Below the pieces are notes generated by a model, which saw only the letters and a program-made list of their open reading frames with translations, ran no database searches and had not been told where the DNA came from. 64,000 nt of DNA from Clostridia bacterium (GTDB lineage Bacteria > Bacillota > Clostridia > UMGS1883): NCBI GenBank assembly GCA_045594665.1, contig JAZNYX010000025.1:698-64697 (forward strand), in the 5' to 3' direction. Within the stretch, counting starts at the first letter, position 1, and each line of letters starts with the position of its first letter. The position numbers were made by a program, and so were the translations under genes. Below, one piece after another: positions 9,972 through 18,653 of the stretch.

Positions 9972-11020
9972 CCCATATCATCCTCACGTTTACCCCACTG
10001 GATACCTGTAAGGGTATCGTAGAGCTTCTGGCTTACTTCACCGATTTCATTGTTGTTGATAATCATTACATCATCAACGTAACGAAGCTTACCAACGGGA
10101 GAAATAACAGCCGCAGTACCTGTACCGAAGCATTCTTCAAGCTTGCCTGCCTTCTGAGCCTCGATAAGCTCTTCTGCGCTGATGCGGCGTTCTTCAACCT
10201 CATAACCCATCTTTTTGCAAAGTGCAATTACGCTGTTTCTTGTAACACCGGGAAGAATACTTCCGTTTAACATGGGGGTAACAATCTTTCCGTCAATCTT
10301 GAAGAAGATGTTCATAGCGCCAACTTCTTCGATGTACTTTCTTTCAACACCGTCAAGCCACAATACCTGAGAATAACCGTCATCATGTGCCTTTACCTGT
10401 GCGATAAGGCTTGCGGCGTAGTTACCGCCTGTCTTTGCAAAGCCCATACCGCCCTTAACGGCTCTTACATATTCGTCCTCAATCCAGATGCCTACGGGAG
10501 CAAGACCGCTTTCGTAGTATGCACCGCTGGGAGCAAGAATGATTATGAACTTATATGTCTTAGAGGGGGCAACGCCCAAAAATTCATCTGTAGCAATAAT
10601 GAAAGGACGGATGTAAAGAGATGTGCCGTCTTCTGTGGGAATCCAGTCCTCATCAACCTTTACTACTGCCTTAACAGCCTCAACGAAATCCTCTACGGGA
10701 AGCTGAGGAATGCAAAGACGGTCGTTTGTGTCGTTAGTTCTCTTTGCGTTCATGTCGGGGCGGAAAAGTCTTACCTTGCCGTCAACGCCCTTGTACGCCT
10801 TAAGTCCCTCAAACATTTCCTGACCGTAATGGAACACCATTGCGGCAGGTGACATTACAAGGTTCTGAAAGGGAACTATTCTGGGGTCATGCCATCCCGT
10901 TCCCTCGGTGTAGTCCATTACAAACATATGGTCTGTAAAAATTTTACCAAAGCCAAGCTTCTGCCCTTTTGCGGGTTTCTCCTTGGGAGTGGTGGTTTTT
11001 TCAATCTTGATATTAAGCAT
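9953..11020 (-). CDS. ilvE: branched-chain amino acid aminotransferase
   Basis: 355 aa; FTDHMF...[13 protein letters not shown]...[16 protein letters not shown]...[11 protein letters not shown]. Confidence 0.9.
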   Translation of the reverse strand: MLNIKIEKTTTPKEKPAKGQKLGFGKIFTDHMFVMDYTEGTGWHDPRIVPFQNLVMSPAAMVFHYGQEMFEGLKAYKGVDGKVRLFRPDMNAKRTNDTNDRLCIPQLPVEDFVEAVKAVVKVDEDWIPTEDGTSLYIRPFIIATDEFLGVAPSKTYKFIIILAPSGAYYESGLAPVGIWIEDEYVRAVKGGMGFAKTGGNYAASLIAQVKAHDDGYSQVLWLDGVERKYIEEVGAMNIFFKIDGKIVTPMLNGSILPGVTRNSVIALCKKMGYEVEERRISAEELIEAQKAGKLEECFGTGTAAVISPVGKLRYVDDVMIINNNEIGEVSQKLYDTLTGIQWGKREDDMGWTVEV

Positions 11021-11053
11021 ATCAAAACTTCCTTTCTGAAATATATATAAATT

Positions 11054-13516
11054 TTAATTCTTTTTAAGCCCAAGCATTTCCACGCTTTCATCACGCATTT
11101 TATACTTGAGGATTTTGCCTGCGGCATTCATGGGGAATTCTTTTACAAAAATGAAATATCGTGGTACTTTATGGCGTGCTATTGATGCATTGCCGTATTC
11201 GCGCATTTCATTTTCATCTGCTTCCTCACCCTTGTGGAGTATAATCCATGCACAGCATTCCTCGCCGTATCTTTCATCGGGAACGCCTACTACCTGGACA
11301 TCACGCACCTTGGGATTGGTAAGATAGAATTCCTCGATTTCACGGGGGTAAAGGTTTTCGCCGCCGCGAATAATCATATCCTTGAGTCTGCCCGTTACCT
11401 TAAAGTAACCATCGGCAGTTCTACAGCAGATGTCACCGGAATGAAGCCATCCATCTTTATCGATTGTCTGCGCCGTTGCTTCGGGCATTTTGTAATAGCC
11501 CTTCATTATATTAAAACCGCGGGCTATAAATTCGCCGCTTTCTCCGTCGGGAAGCTCCTCGCCCGTTTCCGGGTCTATAACCTTACACTCAACTCCGGGG
11601 AAAGGACTGCCGACTGTTTCAACACGGTGGTCAATATCCTCATTAACTTCACCCATTGTGCAGCCGGGGGAAGCCTCGGTCTGTCCATAAACGGAAATGA
11701 TTTCTTTCATGTTCATTTCATCTGCCGCACGGCGCATAAGGTCTGCCGGGCAGTTAGCACCTGCCATAATGCCTGTGCGAATGTATGAAAAGTCGGTCTT
11801 TGCAAAATCGGGATGATTGAACATTGCAATAAACATGGTGGGAACGCCGTTAAAGCAGGTAATATGCTCATCATTCACACAAGCGAGTGACGACTTGGGT
11901 GAGAAATACGGCATGGGATAAAGTGTTCCGCCGTGGGTCATGGTAGATGTCATTGAAAGCACCATACCAAAGCAATGGAACATAGGTACCTGAATCATCA
12001 TACGGTCCGCCGTGGAAAGGTCCATTCTGTCACCGATTGTCTTACCGTTATTTACGATGTTTCTGTGAGTAAGCATTACGCCCTTGGGGAAACCTGTAGT
12101 TCCCGATGTGTACTGCATATTGCATACATCGTCGGGTTTTACGAGAGATGCACGACGTCTTACTTCCTCATGAGGAATGAGACTGCTTCGTTGGAGCATC
12201 TGCTCCCATGTGAGACAGCCGTCCATAGAAAAGCCTACCGTTACAACATTACGAAGGAAAGGAAGATTTTTGGAATAAAGAGCGTCTCCCGGAGTCATCC
12301 CCTTAAGTTCGGGGCAAAGCTCCTGGATTATTTCCTTATAGTTAATATCCTTGCAATCCTCAATCATAACAAGGGTATGGGTATCTGACTGCCTGAGGAG
12401 ATATTCAATCTCATGGATTTTATATGCAGTGTTTACAGTTACCAATACTGCACCGATTTTTGTGGTTGCCCAGAAAGTAATGAACCACTGAGGAACGTTG
12501 GTTGCCCATACGGCAACGTGATCCCCTGCCTTTACTCCCATGGAAATAAGTGCCGCCGCACATTCATCAACATCGCGTCTGAACTGTGCATAAGTTCTTG
12601 TATAATCAAGGGTAGTATACTTAAATGCATATTGGTCGGGATATTTTTCTGCCATTGCATCAAGCACATCGGAGAATGTAGCATCAATTACATCATACTT
12701 TTTCCATACAAATGTGCCTGTCCTGCTGCGGTTATAATAAGCCTTGCCTGTTTCTTTCTTTTCTCTGGAAAGGCTTCCTATATAATTGGCAAAGTGAGTA
12801 AGCACGATGTCGGCATCATTCACTTCTTCATTCCATGCTACACAAATATATCCTTCATAGTTAAGAGAAGAAAGGGCGTTTATAAAGCTTGTAACAGGGA
12901 GGTCTCCCTCACCGATGAGAACTGTTTTTCCGTCTTTCATATCGCCCATTCTTGCATATTTTATATATGCACCAAGGCTCTTAATAGTGGTTTCTGCACT
13001 CTCCCCTGCTTTAAAGTAGGTTTCACGCATGTTCCATGATGCACCTATAACCGCCGAGGAAAAGAAATTTATTATATCAATTACGTTTTCCGTTTCGGAA
13101 AGGTAGCCTGCGGTTTCAAAAAGAATCTGAATGTCGGCCTCCTCCGCACGCTTTATGGCCTTTGCAAGCTTTTCGGAAAGCACTTCATTTGAGGTTTTTA
13201 CCTCGTTACGCAAAATGACCCTTTCTATTCCTGCATTACGTGCCATATCTACATATTTTACGATTTCGTCACCGTTTGCTTCTTCGCTTTCAATACTGTA
13301 GGGATATACAAGAGCAGATACAGCTAAGCTCCTGTTCACAAGCTTACGCTTTGAATCAGGGGTACGGTCAGGTCTTAAAATACTGTCGTGATGATGCTTT
13401 CTTTCTTTAAGTGCATCATATATTTCAAAGCCTGCATAACCGTAATCATACGCAAACTTACACGTATCAAGGAAGGAAGCACGGGCAACATGCTTGGTTG
13501 AAAATGTGATTTTCAT
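11054..13516 (-). CDS. fusion protein: xylose-isomerase-like TIM barrel (N, ~260 aa) + AMP-dependent acyl-CoA ligase (C, ~550 aa)
   Basis: 820 aa; C-terminal part has YTSGTTGFPKGVMLTHRN, YGQTE, SGDICCRTADGYFKVTGRLKDMIIRGGENLYPREIE; N-terminal part has an AP-endonuclease-2/TIM-barrel pattern. Confidence 0.75.
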   Translation of the reverse strand: MKITFSTKHVARASFLDTCKFAYDYGYAGFEIYDALKERKHHHDSILRPDRTPDSKRKLVNRSLAVSALVYPYSIESEEANGDEIVKYVDMARNAGIERVILRNEVKTSNEVLSEKLAKAIKRAEEADIQILFETAGYLSETENVIDIINFFSSAVIGASWNMRETYFKAGESAETTIKSLGAYIKYARMGDMKDGKTVLIGEGDLPVTSFINALSSLNYEGYICVAWNEEVNDADIVLTHFANYIGSLSREKKETGKAYYNRSRTGTFVWKKYDVIDATFSDVLDAMAEKYPDQYAFKYTTLDYTRTYAQFRRDVDECAAALISMGVKAGDHVAVWATNVPQWFITFWATTKIGAVLVTVNTAYKIHEIEYLLRQSDTHTLVMIEDCKDINYKEIIQELCPELKGMTPGDALYSKNLPFLRNVVTVGFSMDGCLTWEQMLQRSSLIPHEEVRRRASLVKPDDVCNMQYTSGTTGFPKGVMLTHRNIVNNGKTIGDRMDLSTADRMMIQVPMFHCFGMVLSMTSTMTHGGTLYPMPYFSPKSSLACVNDEHITCFNGVPTMFIAMFNHPDFAKTDFSYIRTGIMAGANCPADLMRRAADEMNMKEIISVYGQTEASPGCTMGEVNEDIDHRVETVGSPFPGVECKVIDPETGEELPDGESGEFIARGFNIMKGYYKMPEATAQTIDKDGWLHSGDICCRTADGYFKVTGRLKDMIIRGGENLYPREIEEFYLTNPKVRDVQVVGVPDERYGEECCAWIILHKGEEADENEMREYGNASIARHKVPRYFIFVKEFPMNAAGKILKYKMRDESVEMLGLKKN

Positions 13517-13517
13517 T

Positions 13518-14903
13518 TTATTCCTCCTCGAATACTATCTTGTTCAGTGCGTTAATATAAGCTCTGATACTTGCCGCTACAATATCTGTTGAAATTCCGT
13601 TGCCGCTGTAGAGCTTGCCATTGTTGCGAAGTCTTACAATCGCATTACCCAAAGCTTCTTTACCATCGGTTACGGCATGAATCTGAAAATCGTCAAGCTC
13701 GTAATGGAAGCCTATGCTCTGCTCAATGGCTCTAAATACCGAGTCAATAGGTCCGTCTCCCGTGCTGACGCCGTTTAAAATTTCATCGCCGGAGCGAAGC
13801 GTTACCTGAGACATGGAGCCTGTGAGATTGGAACAGTTTGTAGTATAGCTCTCAATATGATAGGTTGAGGGGGCTTGCATTGCAAAGCTTGCAATAAGTG
13901 CCTCCAGTTCCTTTGCTCCTACGCTGCCCTTCTTTTCACAAACCTGAGAAAGCGCCCTATAAACCTTGCCCGTATCCTCGTCGGAAAGGTCGTAGCCTAA
14001 TACATTTGCGGCATATGCCACATCTGAAAGGGTGCTGTCTGAATCAAGAATTATTTTCTTCTTTTCACTTACGTCTGCTGTTTCATATGTTTCATGATTT
14101 ATCTTGGAAAGCATCTCATCAATGCTTGCGTATATCTTTGTATTGTCAAGTCCGCTTTCAATACCGATTTTATCTCCCCTTGCCTTGATTACGCCTGCAA
14201 ACGCCCCCATGGAAAGGGCTTCTTTTCCTGCCATGGAGCATTTAAGACCGTCTGCACCTATCTTTACCGCTGAAACTGCACAAGCTACTGCCATGTCAAT
14301 TGCATTGGAAAGCTGAACATAAACGGGGATTGCTACGGCTTCCTTTACCTTTTTAACTATAGAAGCAATTTCTTCGGGAAGAGAGGTTCCTGCATCGTCA
14401 CAAATTGTAACAAGCTTTGCTCCGTTTGCCTCTGCCTCTTTCACTGCCTGAATAAGAAAATCCTCATCTGCACGTGTTGCATCAAGTGCGGCAAATTCCA
14501 CGTCGTCACAAAGCTCTTTTGCTTTCTTTGTAAGAGCGGCAATTTTGGAAAGCATTTTATCTGCTTTCACATGGTAAATGTACTCCATCTGAACAGTGGA
14601 GGTGGGAAGCTCAACCTGAAGCCTTGGGGAAGCCGCCTCTTTAACACATTCCCATGCATTTTCTACATCTTCCTCGGAAAATCCCACAGGGATTGCCACA
14701 GTGCTGTTTTTTACATTGCGGGAAATAGTCTTATATATAATAGTATCTTCGCGGACACTCTTTACAGGAGATAGCTCTACCGCATCAACCCCGAGTGCGT
14801 CGGCACAGGAGGCAATAGTAGTCTTTTCTCTGAACAATAGAGAAACAGCCCTGTCCTGTGACAGCTTTTTAAGTGTAATGTCGGTAATACTGATTTTTCT
14901 CAT
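13518..14903 (-). CDS. degenerate 2-isopropylmalate synthase (LeuA) homologue lacking catalytic motifs but keeping the C-terminal LeuA regulatory domain
   Basis: 461 aa, collinear with LeuA; DTTLRDGEQ replaced by DITLKKLSQ and HCHDDLG by VQLSNAID; C-terminal ...GNGISTDIVAASIRAYINALNKI conserved; stop/start TAAaATG coupling to the next gene. Confidence 0.7.
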   Translation of the reverse strand: MRKISITDITLKKLSQDRAVSLLFREKTTIASCADALGVDAVELSPVKSVREDTIIYKTISRNVKNSTVAIPVGFSEEDVENAWECVKEAASPRLQVELPTSTVQMEYIYHVKADKMLSKIAALTKKAKELCDDVEFAALDATRADEDFLIQAVKEAEANGAKLVTICDDAGTSLPEEIASIVKKVKEAVAIPVYVQLSNAIDMAVACAVSAVKIGADGLKCSMAGKEALSMGAFAGVIKARGDKIGIESGLDNTKIYASIDEMLSKINHETYETADVSEKKKIILDSDSTLSDVAYAANVLGYDLSDEDTGKVYRALSQVCEKKGSVGAKELEALIASFAMQAPSTYHIESYTTNCSNLTGSMSQVTLRSGDEILNGVSTGDGPIDSVFRAIEQSIGFHYELDDFQIHAVTDGKEALGNAIVRLRNNGKLYSGNGISTDIVAASIRAYINALNKIVFEEE

Positions 14904-14926
14904 ATCTAACTCTCCTTGTGATTTTT

Positions 14927-14970
14927 TCGGAAAACAAAATAACCTGCGGCACTACTTGCCGCAGGTTATT
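14927..14970 (-). terminator. intrinsic terminator/attenuator 25-35 nt upstream of the LeuA-like start codon
   Basis: minus strand: aataacctgcggc-aagtagt-gccgcaggttatt followed by TTTTGTTTTCC. Confidence 0.7.
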
Positions 14971-14998
14971 GGTATTCATAATACGAACTCAACCCTTT

Positions 14999-15109
14999 TT
15001 ACTTAAACACACGACAAACAGCGCTATTCTTATCCGGCTTTGTAATTGCTAGAATAATAATAGCGATGAGAAGAAGTATGTTTGCTGTAAAGAAAGATTG
15101 CATATTCAT
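14999..15109 (-). CDS. 36-aa hydrophobic Ile/Leu-rich small ORF (leader peptide or small membrane peptide)
   Basis: GAGG RBS 9 nt upstream; MNMQSFFTANILLLIAIIILAITKPDKNSAVCRVFK; lies between a consensus promoter and the terminator. Confidence 0.45.
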   Translation of the reverse strand: MNMQSFFTANILLLIAIIILAITKPDKNSAVCRVFK

Positions 15110-15137
15110 ACTTAAAACCTCACGTTTCTTACGCTAC

Positions 15138-15166
15138 AGTATAACCATTAGCAAAGCCTTTGTCAA
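15138..15166 (-). promoter_or_regulatory. consensus sigmaA promoter TTGACA-17-TATACT driving the leader ORF and the LeuA-like operon
   Basis: -35 at 15161..15166, -10 at 15138..15143 on the minus strand. Confidence 0.65.
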
Positions 15167-15226
15167 TATTTTTTTGTATCAATGATAATTTTCGTTATAT
15201 TTTTGGTTTTTTTGGGGCAAAAACTA

Positions 15227-15517
15227 TTAAAGCATGGAAGAAATAGCCTTCATTTCTTCCTTTGCTTCGGTAAGTGCCATAAGAAGCTGACTGCTTTTCT
15301 TCTCCTGCTCCAAAACGGTGTTTATGGTAGCCAGTGCATTATATGTACATGCCTCGAAAAGCTCCTTTTCTAAGTCGGACACGCTCTGTTTTTCCCCAAG
15401 GGAAGCCTTGAGTTTTCCCAAAAGCTTAAAGGCTTCATCCTCGTTATAGTTATAATCTATGATTACTTTTTCAAGAAGGGCAACATATTCGCCCAGAATT
15501 TCTTTGGCATTTTTCAT
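15227..15517 (-). CDS. hypothetical helical protein (96 aa) downstream of the DnaC-like gene
   Basis: ORF with 2-nt gap to the upstream gene; no recognisable motif. Confidence 0.5.
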   Translation of the reverse strand: MKNAKEILGEYVALLEKVIIDYNYNEDEAFKLLGKLKASLGEKQSVSDLEKELFEACTYNALATINTVLEQEKKSSQLLMALTEAKEEMKAISSML

Positions 15518-15519
15518 TT

Positions 15520-16515
15520 TTAAAGCTTTCCCTCTAATTTCTTAATACTTCGGATATCATCGCCCAAAAATTCCAGCATGGAAAAACCGCCTGTGATTCT
15601 TGAAGCAATTCTTTCGTTGTAGGTATTTTTAAGCATATTTCTGTTAAGGTTTGTGGAAATAATCATTTTGCGTCCTGCAATGAGGCGGCTGTTAATTATT
15701 CTGAACAGCTCCGCACAGGTAAACTGCGTCACAAACTCGCTTCCCAAATCATCAAGTATAAGAAGGTCGCACTCTCCAAGCTTTTTTACAATATACTGGG
15801 CATTTTGGGAAACCTCCCTGCCGAAATGCATATCCTCCAATATTGGGAAAAGTGCGTTACAGCTTACATACAAAACATCTTTTTCCTTTTTAATAAGCTC
15901 ATTTGCAACAGCGGAGGAAAGAAAGGTTTTTCCAAGTCCGCACGCTCCGCAAAAAAGGAGATTTTCATCCGATGTGTCAAAGTTCTCGGCAAAGCTTCTG
16001 CACTCGGCAAGAATCGCCTGCATATTCTCCCTTGGAGAACAGCCGTATTCAGGGACAAAATCCGCACTGTAGTAGGAAAGCTTGAAATTATCAAAGGTCT
16101 GCTCGGAAAGAAGTGTGGAAAGATTCGCTTCTTTAAGGGCAATCTCTGTAATTTCTTTTTGAAGACAGGAACAAATTTTTCCGCCGTCAAATCCGCTGTC
16201 ATCACATTTAGTGCAATAATGCCCGATACTAAGATAATCCTTATCAAAGCCTGCCTCTGTAAGAAGCCTTTCCCTTTCTTTTACAAACTCCTTATTTTCT
16301 GCGGCAATGGCACTTACTGCCTTTTTCTCGTCATACTCACCGTTTGCAATGAGATTTAACATACGTATTCCGTAGCGATCCAATTCTTCTTCAATTTCTT
16401 TTATTCTCGGTTCTTTAATGAAAACCTCACTGCGGCGACGTAAAAGCTCGTTTTTACGCTTTTCTTTTCTTTCAGCGATGATTCTCGCCGCTTTTTCGTA
16501 AATTGATTCAGCCAA
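15520..16515 (-). CDS. DnaC/DnaI-like replicative helicase loader ATPase
   Basis: 331 aa; Zn-ribbon CTKCDDSG...CSC, Walker A GACGLGKTF, Walker B LLILDDLGSE. Confidence 0.85.
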   Translation of the reverse strand: MAESIYEKAARIIAERKEKRKNELLRRRSEVFIKEPRIKEIEEELDRYGIRMLNLIANGEYDEKKAVSAIAAENKEFVKERERLLTEAGFDKDYLSIGHYCTKCDDSGFDGGKICSCLQKEITEIALKEANLSTLLSEQTFDNFKLSYYSADFVPEYGCSPRENMQAILAECRSFAENFDTSDENLLFCGACGLGKTFLSSAVANELIKKEKDVLYVSCNALFPILEDMHFGREVSQNAQYIVKKLGECDLLILDDLGSEFVTQFTCAELFRIINSRLIAGRKMIISTNLNRNMLKNTYNERIASRITGGFSMLEFLGDDIRSIKKLEGKL

Positions 16516-16529
16516 AAAAGGTCACCCCT

Positions 16530-17525
16530 TTATTTTTTCTGCTTCTCTAATCTGAGTTTTCGTTCAATTGCCGCCATATCATCAAGCTGATACCCGGTAG
16601 AACGGCTCTTTTCCTTTTGTGGAGCCGCCTTTTCTTTCTCGGCAATCTGGGACACTGTTTTGATTCCTTTTTCAAACCAGGATTTAAGGATTGTGTTCAT
16701 GTATGGCATTGAAACCTTGCCTGTGTTTTTAACTGTTTTCTCATAGGCGTTTCTTATCATCGGCTCACTCATGGAAAATTCACTTACCCAGCGGGCGATA
16801 TAATTAATCTCCGTTTGAGAAAATTCCCGTTCCAGACCGAACATTTTCCTGCATTTTTTCTGCATACGCACTTCTTTTATTACACGGTTTAAAATCTTGG
16901 TAGCCTCCTGGATAGTGTTAATACCCTTCTCTTTCCAGCCCTCAGCCACTTTTTCTATGTAAGAAAAATTAGTTTTGTCGATAGTAACACAATATTCCAA
17001 AAGCACCAATACTATTTCCTGCGACATGGAATATTCCTGCATAAATGTATACAGGGAATTTACTTCACGGCGGGAAAGTGTCTTTTTAAGAAGCTGCTCC
17101 GCGAGCGAAACTGTCTCTTTCATTTTGGGATTGATTCCCATTGCCTTGGAAATTTCTTTCATGGAATCCTTATCGGGATTCTCCTTTAAGCTTTGGGGCT
17201 TCACTGCCGTTTTTTCCACAGGCTCTTTCTCGGCGGATTCCTTTGAGGGAGCTTCCGCAATCGCATCAAATACTAAAACCCCTCTGCCCTCACTATGTAC
17301 AAGACCTACCTTTTTCCAATAACGCCATGCCTTACTGACATCGGTTTCCAATATGTCGAGAGCTTCTGCAATCTGTGCGTTTGACACATCCTCCTCGCCC
17401 TCATAGCACTTGGCAAGACCGTACAAATAAACCTTTACATAGGTGGCATTTGCATTAATCATATATTTATTTATAAATTCCATGGGGAGCGGCACTGATT
17501 TATTCGCATGAAAAAAACTTGCCAT
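16530..17525 (-). CDS. DnaD-domain replication initiation/primosome protein
   Basis: 331 aa; N-terminal winged-helix region (YVKVYLYGL...) and C-terminal DnaD repeats (INYIARWVSEF...MIRNAYEKT). Confidence 0.8.
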   Translation of the reverse strand: MASFFHANKSVPLPMEFINKYMINANATYVKVYLYGLAKCYEGEEDVSNAQIAEALDILETDVSKAWRYWKKVGLVHSEGRGVLVFDAIAEAPSKESAEKEPVEKTAVKPQSLKENPDKDSMKEISKAMGINPKMKETVSLAEQLLKKTLSRREVNSLYTFMQEYSMSQEIVLVLLEYCVTIDKTNFSYIEKVAEGWKEKGINTIQEATKILNRVIKEVRMQKKCRKMFGLEREFSQTEINYIARWVSEFSMSEPMIRNAYEKTVKNTGKVSMPYMNTILKSWFEKGIKTVSQIAEKEKAAPQKEKSRSTGYQLDDMAAIERKLRLEKQKK

Positions 17526-17715
17526 ATATTTTCCCTCCGTTATTTTTCTCTGTAAAAATCTTCGCAGATAGAGTCATTATAACATACTTTTTCCCAAATG
17601 TACAGACTTTTTGCGGTTTTTTGAGCAAAAAACCTTTGAAAAAAGCTTATTTGAGTACAAAATTTAACCTTGAGAAGGTAAATCCCAATTCTGCGGAGTC
17701 GCAGGGACTTATGTT

Positions 17716-17813
17716 CTTTTGTAACCAAAAGTACCAAAATTAACCTTGGGAAGGTTGCCCCTTCTTTTGTAACCAAAAGAAGCAAAAGTTTTGGGGTTGC
17801 TATTCCCCAAACC
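17716..17813 (-). repeat. dispersed repeat family C, copy 2 (inverted, with partial internal duplication)
   Basis: reverse complement matches 2152..2231. Confidence 0.85.
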
Positions 17814-17880
17814 CCTAAACGCTCCTGTCGGACTAAGAAATACCCTTACCTAATCTTTTAAGTAGTGGGTTCTGTTTTAA
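17812..17880 (-). repeat. dispersed repeat family D, copy 1
   Basis: reverse complement matches 18935..19003 (aaaagattaggtaagggtatt.cttag.ccgacaggagcgttt). Confidence 0.8.
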
Positions 17881-18024
17881 AAAACATTTCGTCTTTGCGT
17901 CACCGTCTTTGAAAGGAATACGCAACTCCCCAAAGACTAAAAATCGCTCGCCAGCAGTGGAAGATGTTGCGAGCGATTTTTTGACGGCCAACAAAATATT
18001 TTTTAAAACCTGACTTTTGTGCAC
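17874..18024 (-). repeat. dispersed repeat family B, copy 2 (inverted)
   Basis: reverse complement matches 1948..2097. Confidence 0.85.
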
Positions 18025-18092
18025 TCGGAGGGATTCATATCCGCAAAAAATAGAAAAGGACTGTTCCAAAAGAAACAATCCTTTAAATCTAA

Positions 18093-18395
18093 TTAAGCAA
18101 GTTCTTCAAATTTACCTTTAAGTTGAAAACCGATTTTAGCTCCTACAATAAGCCCTATCTCAAAAAATACTTCTTCGTATACTGATGCTTGCTCATAGAA
18201 GTATTCCGATATTCTGTCTTGTTCTTCAATGTCGGGGAAATTTTGTTCAAAAAAAGCATTTGCTTTACTTCTTGCTTCTTGAAGCTGCTGCGAATAAGTT
18301 TTTTCAGAAGTTTTCTCACAAGTTTCCCCACCGTGCCTTAAAAAGTTCTGAAGAGAAATTAATTCCGCACGTTGTAAATAGTCATCAAATTTCAT
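18093..18395 (-). CDS. small helical hypothetical protein (100 aa)
   Basis: GGAGG RBS 7 nt before ATG 18395; MKFDDYLQRAE...ANAFFEQNFP...EEVFFEIGLIVGAKIGFQL; pattern weakly similar to the product of 2553..2810. Confidence 0.5.
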   Translation of the reverse strand: MKFDDYLQRAELISLQNFLRHGGETCEKTSEKTYSQQLQEARSKANAFFEQNFPDIEEQDRISEYFYEQASVYEEVFFEIGLIVGAKIGFQLKGKFEELA

Positions 18396-18515
18396 TAAAA
18401 TACCTCCGTTTTCAATTTGCATTTGACAGAAGTATATAACCGTAGTATAATATTTACAGATAGATACTTCTATCGGGTTATGAGCTTGTTTGTTACCTTG
18501 CTGTGGGCAACAAGC

Positions 18516-18653
18516 TCATTTCTTTATTTCAGACCTTAATTTATCAATACCACGACGGATAGCTTCTGCTTTATCAACATTTTTTTGTTGGCAATAAGCT
18601 TTTAAAACCTGTGCACTTTCATCATCAAGCCTTACAGTTATCCGTTCTTTCAT
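18516..18653 (-). CDS. ribbon-helix-helix (CopG-like) protein, apparently N-terminally frameshifted
   Basis: MKERITVRLDDESAQVLKAYCQQKNVDKAEAIRRGIDKLRSEIKK; an RBS-preceded ATG at 18691 encodes MSPRTGRPKIEIP* in another frame, with its stop overlapping this ATG. Confidence 0.55.
   Translation of the reverse strand: MKERITVRLDDESAQVLKAYCQQKNVDKAEAIRRGIDKLRSEIKK

Noticed and set aside
14904-15226. T-box leader upstream of the LeuA-like/IlvE operon (and upstream of hisZ at 30686..30880)
   Set aside because: Neither region contains the conserved T-box sequence (AAUUAGGGUGGUACCGCG-like) or an AGAGA/specifier-loop arrangement. Both are too short for a T-box.
15520-17525. DnaD/DnaC-like pair as a sign of a prophage or island between the two repeat clusters
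   Set aside because: Such a pair is the usual chromosomal helicase-loading module in Clostridia. The genes between the repeat clusters (ilvE, oxidoreductase, mscL, rlu) are housekeeping. No integrase or att-like direct repeats were seen.
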